A stretch of DNA of 32,000 nt from Candidatus Saccharimonadota bacterium. Its GTDB lineage: Bacteria > Patescibacteriota > Saccharimonadia > Saccharimonadales > UBA4665. The stretch is from assembly GCA_016699955.1 (NCBI GenBank), contig CP064993.1:1080001-1112000 (forward strand), read 5' to 3'. Positions 24,686 through 32,000 of the stretch are shown one piece after another. Numbering within the stretch: position 1 is the stretch's first letter; each line of letters begins with the position of its first letter. Under the pieces are notes generated by a model. That model had not been told where the DNA came from. It ran no database searches and worked only from the letters and a program-made list of their open reading frames with translations. The position numbers and the translations under genes were made by a program.

Positions 24686-25434
24686 ATGAAAATCCTTGAC
24701 TTACGGCGATCAATGCATATGACGGCAAACGGTGAAAATCCATGGCCAATGTATAAAATTGCTGAGATTGGGGGGGCGGGCGGAACAATGTGTGTTGACC
24801 CCACTCGAAAACAATTACTCCTCGACAACATTTTTCCACTGTTTGAAGTAATTACTGGCAATCTCGCGGCATCTGCCCAAGTAGGATCGGGCAGCTGGGG
24901 AATCGTCTCAACTCTCACCATAGCCGAAACGAAACTGGCATGTAAGCGCTCGCGTAATCCAGGAGAGGTTGACAGGCACATAGGCTTTGCGGCGACAAAA
25001 GCTCTCGTTTCACTATCGCAAGGTATCGAGGCGCTGCGAAAAGGAGGTGCAAATACCATTCAACACGAAGACCAATCTTTTGAATTCAACCCAGCTACAC
25101 CATTGCTCATTTTTAAGCCCAATAAATCTTCCTCTCAGGGCGACAGGATCCGGACAGTTATGATAAGTGAATTTATAGAAGGCTCTGGTGCTACTGAGTT
25201 AGAAGCGCCCCCCCTAAGGCAACCCAGACTTTGGTCGGAAAGGCTCTTCGTGAAAGCGGAGTAGCAGTAGAAAAAGTTGAGGCAGACATTTATTACCGTG
25301 CCCCAGCAATAAATCGAATGGGGCTAAGGCCTGGTAACCTTATTGTGACAGGCTCAGATAAATCCCAGGTTAAACTCGTGCCTATTGATCCCTATGCTAA
25401 GGCAGTTCTGAATTTTGGCATTGTGCGTCCTTAA
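24686..25434 (+). pseudogene. Protein-kinase-like fold gene interrupted by a frameshift at a C7 tract (two ORFs, 24686-25264 and 25231-25434)
   Basis: ORF1 has a Gly-rich loop and Lys (QVGSGSWGIVSTLTIAETKLACKR) and a hinge-like VMISEFIEGS. ORF2 has a catalytic-loop-like MGLRPGNLIV and an IDPY metal-binding-like motif. The second frame is open back to 25198. Adding one C to the run at 25208-25214 joins them as ...ELEAPPPKATQTLVGKALRE.... Confidence 0.55.
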
Positions 25435-25445
25435 AGCATAAACGG

Positions 25446-27275
25446 TCATTTCAGGCGTTTGCGCTTGTTGGGGTCGAGTTCTTTTTTGCGTAGGCGGAGG
25501 TTTTGAGGAGTGACTTCAAGCAGCTCGTCATTTTCTATAAAGTCGAGGCACTGCTCTAGGCTAAATACCGTTGGAGGCGTCAGTTGGACTACACCATCGG
25601 ACGATGTCGAGCGCATGTTGGTTAGGTGCTTTGCTTTACAGACATTCATTTCCATATCTTCGCGGCGGGTGTTGAGGCCAATAATTTGGCCAGCATACAC
25701 CTTCATAGCTGGTCCCACAAAAAGCGTGCCACGCGCTTCGGCTGTTTCGAGGCTATAGGGCATAGTTGTACCAGTTTCGTAGGCGATCAGTACGCCGTTG
25801 CGGAGTTGCTCCAGTGACTGGCCAATTGGGGCATAACCAGTCACGAGGGTGTTCATAACAATAGTGCCTTTTGTGTTGGTCAGTAGTATGTTTCGCATAC
25901 CCAAAAGTGCGCGTGTAGGCATTGTGTAGACAAGCTTGGTAACACCCTTACTGGGACTCATGAATTGCTCTTTGAGCATCGCACGACGTTGACCAAGCTC
26001 CATTTGCACCGTACCAACCTGCTCGGCTGGTACTTCGATGATGACTTCTTCAATAGGTTCAACTTCTTTACCGTCCTCGACGTGAGTAACAACCTGTGGG
26101 CGGCCGACTTCAAATTCGTAGCCTTCTCGGCGCATAGTTTCTATCAGTACGCCCAAATGTAACTCGCCGCGTCCCGCTACCGTAAAGCCAATCCCGTCAT
26201 CGCTTACCTGTAGGCCAACATTTGATTCCAGTTCTTTTGCCAATCGCTCGCTAATTTGCCTAGAGGTATTAAACTCGCCCTCGAGACCCTTAAACGGACT
26301 AGTGTTTGGGCCAAGGTAAATTCGCAGCGTTGGTGCCTCAACTTCAATGGTTGGCAGCGCTTCTGGCTGCTCAGCATCGGCCAAAGTTTCGCCAATTTGC
26401 GCTTCACTTATGCCAGTAAGCTGGACAATGTCGCCGGCGACGCCTTCTGGCACCTCATATTTTGTGACCCCGCGGCTCATGAAAACCAAGTCGACCTTGG
26501 ACTTCTTGATAGAACCATCTTTCTGGCACAAGGCTACCTGATCGCCTGCTTTTACCCGACCACGTGTAATCCGGCCAATGGAGTATTTGCCCTTAAAATT
26601 ATCCCACGCTAGCGCTGTTACCAGCATTTGAAATGGTTTGTCGAGTTCAACTGCCGGTGGCGGAATATTTTTAATAATGGCGTCAAACAAAGATGAAAGG
26701 TCAGCTTTTTCACTTGAATCGATTGGCGGTGTTGCCCACGCCTTACCCTCTCGCCCAATAGCGTAGTATACCGGGTAATGCAGCTGGTCTTCGTGTACGG
26801 CAAGCTCGAGAAACAAGTCGGCCAGTTCGTCTTCTACTTCAGCGATGCGAGAACCTGCCTTGTCTATTTTGTTGAGCACTACTATTGGTTTCAGCTCGGC
26901 CTCGAGTGCCTTTTCCAGTACAAATTTCGTTTGTGGCATTGGCCCTTCTTGGGCATCAACAATTAGCAGGCAGCCGTCAGCCATGTTTAGCGTCCGTTCT
27001 ACTTCTCCAGAGAAATCCGCGTGTCCAGGCGTATCGACAATATTTATACGGTAATCGTCATGCTGGACTGCAGTTATTTTCGCTGTGATGGTAATGCCAC
27101 GCTCCCGCTCTTGGTCACCACTGTCCATAATGAGTTCCTGGCTCATTTCTGCTTGGTTATCACGAAAAGTGTGGCTTTGTTTCATAAGCCCGTCTACCAA
27201 CGTCGTTTTGCCGTGGTCAACGTGCGCAATAATTGCAATGTTTCGAATTTTACTCGGGTCTTGTGTTGTAGCCAT
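25446..27275 (-). CDS. typA: Translational GTPase TypA/BipA
   Basis: 609 aa with [33 protein letters not shown] and NKIDK G-motifs. EF-G-like domains follow, ending in the BipA-type C-terminus ...[15 protein letters not shown]. Confidence 0.95.
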   Translation of the reverse strand: MATTQDPSKIRNIAIIAHVDHGKTTLVDGLMKQSHTFRDNQAEMSQELIMDSGDQERERGITITAKITAVQHDDYRINIVDTPGHADFSGEVERTLNMADGCLLIVDAQEGPMPQTKFVLEKALEAELKPIVVLNKIDKAGSRIAEVEDELADLFLELAVHEDQLHYPVYYAIGREGKAWATPPIDSSEKADLSSLFDAIIKNIPPPAVELDKPFQMLVTALAWDNFKGKYSIGRITRGRVKAGDQVALCQKDGSIKKSKVDLVFMSRGVTKYEVPEGVAGDIVQLTGISEAQIGETLADAEQPEALPTIEVEAPTLRIYLGPNTSPFKGLEGEFNTSRQISERLAKELESNVGLQVSDDGIGFTVAGRGELHLGVLIETMRREGYEFEVGRPQVVTHVEDGKEVEPIEEVIIEVPAEQVGTVQMELGQRRAMLKEQFMSPSKGVTKLVYTMPTRALLGMRNILLTNTKGTIVMNTLVTGYAPIGQSLEQLRNGVLIAYETGTTMPYSLETAEARGTLFVGPAMKVYAGQIIGLNTRREDMEMNVCKAKHLTNMRSTSSDGVVQLTPPTVFSLEQCLDFIENDELLEVTPQNLRLRKKELDPNKRKRLK

Positions 27276-27317
27276 AAAATAAAGCGCCGTCTTTAGCGCC
27301 CTTACGTTGTAATTATA

Positions 27318-28166
27318 TCACAAAACATAACGAGGTAAAAAGCCGTTCACTTGCAGCCGTCGTCTTTCTTCATCAATTGTCATCTGAATCCAATCGCTGT
27401 TTTCGGTATTTTCGGTTTTTTCGCTGTTTATTCCGCTGAGAAACCCAAATAATCCTGATGACCACCGCCGGGGACGGCGTCTCCGAGAGTCATCCTGCTC
27501 ATCTACAGGATACAACCTGCCTGTATTGACTATTGTACGCCGATCATTACTTCCAAATTTATTTTGCTCACGAAAAAGCAATACGTTGATCTGACGCTGT
27601 CTGAGGTTAAGCTCGGTACCCTCGGTGCGTGTCAGGCCTACGGTTCCAAGCCGAACGTTGATAGCCGTTATCCGTCCAGTTAACTGGTTCTCATCAAGCT
27701 GAACCGCAGGAATTTCTTCTGGTACCGACAATATACCTTCTTTTGGGGACAGCCAAACATTTGACACTAAGCGGGGGGCGTCTTGCGGGCTAATTGCGCG
27801 GTTGACGTTCGGTTCGACAACTGGGGCGTCTTGTGGGCGTGGTGTATACCGGACGGTTACACCAATAACTGCTGGCATTACCTTTTCAAAAATTACCGCA
27901 AGTGCTGCCTGTGCTGCTCGAATCTCTCCACTAGAGCTTACTACACTGCTGGTAGCATCACTATAACCTGAGACAAACGGAATAACCGAATTAGGGTCGG
28001 GTTGGGATACAAAACTCATAAGGTCATCAAATACCGCTCGCGCAGTCAGACGCTCAATAGCATCGCAGTGTTGGTATGCTTGCATCAAACCATAGAACGG
28101 CGGCCAAATATCTGTAGGAAATCCGTAAATACTTTGGGCACTGATACCAGTTTCAGACATGCCCAT
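27318..28166 (-). CDS. Hypothetical soluble protein with Arg-rich segment
   Basis: The ORF is open to GTG 28238. ATG 28166 (MGMSETG...) is preferred because the upstream part overlaps the promoter and start of the divergent CNNM-type gene. It has no TM helix and no recognised family, and it contains DDSRRRRPRRWSSGLFGFL. Confidence 0.5.
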   Translation of the reverse strand: MGMSETGISAQSIYGFPTDIWPPFYGLMQAYQHCDAIERLTARAVFDDLMSFVSQPDPNSVIPFVSGYSDATSSVVSSSGEIRAAQAALAVIFEKVMPAVIGVTVRYTPRPQDAPVVEPNVNRAISPQDAPRLVSNVWLSPKEGILSVPEEIPAVQLDENQLTGRITAINVRLGTVGLTRTEGTELNLRQRQINVLLFREQNKFGSNDRRTIVNTGRLYPVDEQDDSRRRRPRRWSSGLFGFLSGINSEKTENTENSDWIQMTIDEERRRLQVNGFLPRYVL

Positions 28167-28202
28167 AGAATAGACTATTTTAGTTAACAAGCCTAAAGCG
28201 GT

Positions 28203-28231
28203 TTGCAACAGGGGTGGTCGTACGCTATACT
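28203..28231 (+). promoter_or_regulatory. Near-consensus promoter TTGCAA-N17-TATACT for the DUF21-CBS gene
   Basis: -35 at 28203-28208; this is the TTG the ORF track used as a start codon. -10 at 28226-28231, and GTG 28242 lies 10 nt downstream. Confidence 0.5.
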
Positions 28232-28241
28232 GTTTCACGTT

Positions 28242-29246
28242 GTGGACATACTAATACTCGTTATTGAAGTAATGATTCTCGTTGGGATTGCCGCGATTTG
28301 CTCAGGGCTCAATGTGGCGTTTATGTCGCTAAACCTTGCCGACCTCAAGCGAAAAGCCAAGCTGGGGAGCATGTACGCCAAGTGGCTAATTCCTTTGCGA
28401 AAAAACGCGCACCTCACTCTGGCCGCCATTTTACTCACCAACGTTGCCGCCGCCTCTCTGACACCGCTCGTACTCGATTCAAAACTGAGTGGCATCTGGG
28501 CTGTCGTCATCAGCACCCTCGCGCTCACCATCTTTGCTGAAATTATGCCGCAGGCACTGTTTGCTCAAAATGCCATCCTCTGGTGCGGCAGGTTGACCTG
28601 GCTGCTACGGCTCATGATTATCATCACCTATCCACTCGCAAAACCGCTTCAGCTGCTCCTAGACAACATGTTCAAACATGCCACTCACGATTTACACACG
28701 CGACACGAGCTTGGGCTGCTGGTCGCCGAGCATCTTGGGGCAAAAGAAAGCGAACTTGACGAAGATGAGGTAGAAATCATCAAAGGCGCCCTCCAGCTTA
28801 GTGAAAAGAAAGTTGGCAGCATTATGACCCCGATTGCAAAGGTATATTCTCTGAAACCGTTCAGTGTTATTAATGACCGCCTGATAGACGAAATCAAAGA
28901 AAATGGGCATAGCCGGATACCCGTTTTTAATACCGGTAAAACCATTTGCTTTGGCGTTATCCTAGTCAAAGAATTAGTAGATATCGACTTCGACGAGCAC
29001 CCGCCACGCGTCGACGAGCTGGTACTACACCCAACCCAAACGGTTGGTTCAGGTACCGCACTTGATACAATGTTCCGCAAATTTATTTCTGCACAGACGC
29101 ACCTAATTCCTGTTGAAAAAGATGACAGGATAGTCGGAATAGTCACTATAGAAGACTTGCTTGAAGAAATACTAGGACATGAGATAGAAGACGAATCAGA
29201 CCGCGCGCAAGCACTCGCGCGCCGACTTAAACGTACAAAAAAATAA
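28242..29246 (+). CDS. DUF21 plus CBS-pair membrane protein (CNNM/CorB-type putative Mg2+/Co2+ efflux; 'hemolysin family')
   Basis: It has an N-terminal 4-TM DUF21 (ICSGLNVAFMSLNLADL, FAEIMPQALF) followed by a CBS pair (VGSIMTPIAKVYSL..., HSRIPVF, IVGIVTIEDLLEEILGHEIEDE). No CorC/HlyC C-terminal domain is present. The start is uncertain between 28203 and 28272. Confidence 0.85.
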   Translation: MDILILVIEVMILVGIAAICSGLNVAFMSLNLADLKRKAKLGSMYAKWLIPLRKNAHLTLAAILLTNVAAASLTPLVLDSKLSGIWAVVISTLALTIFAEIMPQALFAQNAILWCGRLTWLLRLMIIITYPLAKPLQLLLDNMFKHATHDLHTRHELGLLVAEHLGAKESELDEDEVEIIKGALQLSEKKVGSIMTPIAKVYSLKPFSVINDRLIDEIKENGHSRIPVFNTGKTICFGVILVKELVDIDFDEHPPRVDELVLHPTQTVGSGTALDTMFRKFISAQTHLIPVEKDDRIVGIVTIEDLLEEILGHEIEDESDRAQALARRLKRTKK

Positions 29247-29496
29247 ACCTCTGAAATCATGTACTCGATGTGTTTAAAACAACGTTTTGTTGTAAATAAA
29301 GTAACGTCACAATGGCCTCTGGAAACAACGAGCCGCAGCTTATATTTTGCTTGACTTGCGAAATGCTTATGTACTAGCCTATTCGCTACGTGCGGCAAAA
29401 CTTTTTGGTGGAGTTTTGAGGCACTAGCAGCTTGCCCTGGCTTTTCAATATCAATTCGCCGGGATGTACTCAAGCTTGCGCTAAGGAGGGAATGTT

Positions 29497-30219
29497 ATGC
29501 GTAAAACCGTTATATCAGCGGTCGCCCTTGCGACCGTAATCTGTGGTGTAGCCATGCCACGCGTCTCAGCTCAAACGCTGGGATATGTACCAAAAGAAAA
29601 ATTCATTGAAAAGGTGCAGCTTGCTTCACTGGAAGTCGAAAAGCCAAACGAAGTAAAAACTACAGAGGAAAAACAGCCAACTGAAGTGAAGCCGGCTGAA
29701 CCAGCAGCTCCTGCGCCGGTGATAGCAGCAGTCCAGCCGGGCGATAGTTTGAGCAAAATTGCCGAAGCAAACGGCACAACCTGGGTGCGACTGTTCAACG
29801 CAAACACGGGCATCGTTAATCCCGATGTAATTAACCCGGGTGATCAAATCAGAATCCCTGGAGCCGACGAAGTCCTGGCCGAACGCCCCTTGCCGCAACC
29901 CGTCGTGGTCGCCCCAAAACCCACGCAGGCCTACCGCGGCACAACGACGACCTATCGTCAAACCGCACCTGCCGGCAGCTATCCGGTGAGTGCAAACGCC
30001 GCAAAAGCGTACATTTACTCACGCGAAAGTGGCAATAACCCAAATGCCACAAACCCTACCGGCTGCTATGGGCTTGGGCAAGATTGCAACGGTGTACTCC
30101 GCGCGCAGTGTGGCGCTGACTACGCCTGCCAAGATGCATATTTTGAAGGGTATGCGGCACGCCGATACGGCGGCTGGGAAGGTGCCTACAGTTTTTGGCA
30201 AGCCAACCATTGGTGGTAG
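29497..30219 (+). CDS. Secreted LysM-domain cell-wall protein with C-terminal APF/SibA-like putative muralytic domain
   Basis: Strong SD AAGGAGG. It has a signal peptide (MRKTVISAVALATVICGVAMPRVSA), a Pro/Glu/Lys linker, and a LysM domain (VQPGDSLSKIAEANGTTWVRLFNANTGIVNPDVINPGDQIRIPG). The C-terminus AKAYIYSRESGNNPNATNPTGCYGLGQ...RRYGGWEGAYSFWQANHWW resembles C-terminal domains of Gram-positive aggregation-promoting-factor-type surface proteins. Confidence 0.8.
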   Translation: MRKTVISAVALATVICGVAMPRVSAQTLGYVPKEKFIEKVQLASLEVEKPNEVKTTEEKQPTEVKPAEPAAPAPVIAAVQPGDSLSKIAEANGTTWVRLFNANTGIVNPDVINPGDQIRIPGADEVLAERPLPQPVVVAPKPTQAYRGTTTTYRQTAPAGSYPVSANAAKAYIYSRESGNNPNATNPTGCYGLGQDCNGVLRAQCGADYACQDAYFEGYAARRYGGWEGAYSFWQANHWW

Positions 30220-30260
30220 AGCGAGCCTACGACTGCTAGAGATAACCTACTAGAGTCAAG

Positions 30261-30291
30261 CAAAGACAGCTGTACACACCAGCTGTCTTTG
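30261..30291 (+). terminator. Hairpin terminator candidate after the LysM gene (12-bp perfect stem, 7-nt loop)
   Basis: CAAAGACAGCTG tacacac CAGCTGTCTTTG, 42 nt after the stop. The only U-run is the UUU inside the stem end. Confidence 0.55.
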
Positions 30292-30456
30292 CGCTGCAAC
30301 CGCGAGCTCTCACGCATTTCGCACCAGTCAGTCTGCATGCCGCCAGAGCTGTCAAAGCTGCTTACACCGACCCAGGATTCTATCCGCGGCTTGTTCTGGT
30401 TGTAATTGTTGTAGAGTATACTTGCTTGTATATATTAAGTATAAGCAGGACATGCT

Positions 30457-31176
30457 ATGGATAAAGAAAAAAATGAACCAGCAACTTTAACAGAACAACC
30501 AGCACCGTTTCAGACGGAAAGCTCAAATGAGGGCGTAATCACCCCAACCGAAACAACATCTAACGCATCGGCTACCAGCAGCGACCCGATGACATCATCG
30601 TCAGGCAACGCCACAATTCTCAGTATCCAAGAGCTTCCAGAGAAAAGAGGCTGGCTGAAGTCATATGCCTACCTCCCCGAATACTTTGTCATGCTCGTGG
30701 TTTTAACGGCGTTGCTTTTTGCGCTGACAAACCTACTAAACATTGGCATCGATAGCCTTATCTCGGCTGAAAAATCAACGGGAGATGACTTTAACTTGTA
30801 CGATTTCAGTAACTTTGAACTAGTTTCCTCTCTGTCATCCGTGATTGTTGGCTTACCGTTTTTTATCATGCTTTACCTTAGAACAAAATCATATGAGACA
30901 GAGTCACCGGCAGTCGTGACACATCGCTGGCGCAAAGGCTTTTTGGGTGTCTTTATTGTTGTACAGATTATGACTATAATCGGTAACTTGTCAGGACTTG
31001 TGTATCAAATAGTATCGCGAATGGTAGACGGAAATGACAACCTGTCACTTTTGACTAGCGCAACACAAGGGGATCCGGTGTGGCAGCTTGTGATTGCTTC
31101 AGTGCTCAACACTGCCCTGATTGGGTTTGCCGTTTTCGTGATTGGTAAAGAGTATCGTAAGCAGGGGGCTAAATAA
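30457..31176 (+). CDS. Membrane protein (about 4 TM helices) with Ser/Thr-rich N-terminal region, unknown function
   Basis: 239 aa. It has a polar N-terminal ~65 aa and then hydrophobic helices (YFVMLVVLTALLFALTNLL, VIVGLPFFIMLYL, FLGVFIVVQIMTIIGNL, VIASVLNTALIGFAVFVI). Its stop lies 1 nt before the next gene's ATG. Confidence 0.65.
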   Translation: MDKEKNEPATLTEQPAPFQTESSNEGVITPTETTSNASATSSDPMTSSSGNATILSIQELPEKRGWLKSYAYLPEYFVMLVVLTALLFALTNLLNIGIDSLISAEKSTGDDFNLYDFSNFELVSSLSSVIVGLPFFIMLYLRTKSYETESPAVVTHRWRKGFLGVFIVVQIMTIIGNLSGLVYQIVSRMVDGNDNLSLLTSATQGDPVWQLVIASVLNTALIGFAVFVIGKEYRKQGAK

Positions 31177-31177
31177 T

Positions 31178-32000
31178 ATGCCTCTCTCATCTCAGCAAAA
31201 ACTGCTTGTCATTGTGCTCAGTGTTGTCAGTATTGTCGCAATTGGTCTGCAAATTCCTACCATTAGCCAGCAAAAAGCTAAAGCGTCAGACCAGCAAAAA
31301 AGCCAGGACATCGCTACTCTCCATTCAAGCATTGACACTTATAATTCTTCCCGCAACAGCCTGCCAAAAACCCTAAGCGATTTGAAGAACATTGATGACA
31401 CAAAAGACCGACTTGATGATTACAAATATAGCCCTAGCCAGGAGTCATACAAACTTTGTGCTACATTTAAGACAGACACGACGAAAGATACCGAGTCTTC
31501 GTACACAGCATACAGTAGTAGCTACAATAGCGATGTTGAGGCCGACCCGTATAAGCACGGCAAAGGCAATAAATGCTTTACGTACGAAGTCTCTTCGTAC
31601 GGTGGAAGGTATTTTGATACCTTCGACTCATCATCGTATCCGTCAGATTCAACGAACAGCTCATCTTCCAGTAGCATTCAAGACAATGCAAACGATGCTC
31701 AGCGCAAGTCAGACATAAACGCTGTCCGGTCGTATATTGAGGCCAGCTACGCCCAGAACGGCTATTACCCGACTTTGGCAGAAATCAACAATACCACTTG
31801 GCGAACTACCAACATGAAAGGTCTCGATACAACCAACCTCATAGACCCTGAAGGCGTCGACAATCGGATTAGCAATACGCCGGGCACAAATCGCTATTCA
31901 TATCAGCCCAAAACTGCCAGCGGCAAAACATGCGAAATCGCCAGTGAATGCACAACTTTTACGGTCACCGCCACCCTATCAAACGGCGACCTGTACACCA
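31178..32000 (+). CDS. Membrane-anchored protein with two tandem pilin-like (type IV pilin / pseudopilin headgroup-like) modules, 3' end beyond window
   Basis: The frame is open from ATG 31178 to the window end with no stop, so it is absent from the track; I translated it by hand. It reads MPLSSQQKLLVIVLSVVSIVAIGLQIP (anchor), then KASDQQKSQDIATLHSSIDTYNSSRNSLPKTLSDL...YKLCATFK. A Ser-rich linker follows, then NDAQRKSDINAVRSYIEASYAQNGYYPTLAEIN...YSYQP...TVTATLSNG. Confidence 0.6.
   Translation, partial: MPLSSQQKLLVIVLSVVSIVAIGLQIPTISQQKAKASDQQKSQDIATLHSSIDTYNSSRNSLPKTLSDLKNIDDTKDRLDDYKYSPSQESYKLCATFKTDTTKDTESSYTAYSSSYNSDVEADPYKHGKGNKCFTYEVSSYGGRYFDTFDSSSYPSDSTNSSSSSSIQDNANDAQRKSDINAVRSYIEASYAQNGYYPTLAEINNTTWRTTNMKGLDTTNLIDPEGVDNRISNTPGTNRYSYQPKTASGKTCEIASECTTFTVTATLSNGDLYT

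Noticed and set aside
24637-25059. 140-aa minus-strand ORF
   Set aside because: It is antisense to the kinase-like ORF, with no start signals and low-complexity sequence.
28685-29473. 262-aa minus-strand ORF, very Ser-rich
   Set aside because: Most of it is antisense to the well-supported DUF21-CBS gene. Its Ser/Cys/Thr-rich composition is typical of a shadow frame, and it has no SD or promoter.

Overview
Gene-dense bacterial chromosome segment read with the standard genetic code. It holds about 30 protein genes on both strands, with very short or overlapping junctions. I found no rRNA, tRNA, CRISPR array, transposase or integrase. Most genes are housekeeping or transport: pheS and pheT (pheT runs off the left edge and is missing from the ORF track), hpt, yajQ, a GH63-like glycosidase, uppP, a LysR regulator divergent from ino1, rmuC, a ZIP transporter divergent from a Fur-family (probably Zur) regulator, a GNAT, an alpha/beta hydrolase, a CPA2 antiporter with an RCK domain, yhhQ convergent with tgt, a DUF475/TerC-like protein, corA, typA, a DUF21-CBS (CNNM-type) protein, and a LysM wall enzyme. 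The small N-terminally anchored secreted proteins, a pilin-like protein and the compact spacing suggest a reduced-genome Gram-positive-type or CPR/Saccharibacteria-like organism; this is inference only. No classical defence or mobile island is evident. Points worth a second look: (1) a protein-kinase-like gene split by a frameshift at a C7 homopolymer; (2) a perfect (CTCTTAA)x7 array filling the hpt/yajQ divergent spacer; (3) TATACT-like -10 boxes 6-10 nt upstream of many start codons, implying widespread leaderless mRNAs alongside strong Shine-Dalgarno (SD) genes; (4) two small ORFs inserted between pheS and pheT; (5) back-to-back zur/ZIP promoters sharing one palindromic -35 under a 7-2-7 inverted repeat; (6) a membrane-protein plus divergent DUF62-like operon; (7) a LysR-ino1 divergon; (8) a long structured leader upstream of yhhQ. 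All functional calls come from reading the translated motifs. No database search was run.
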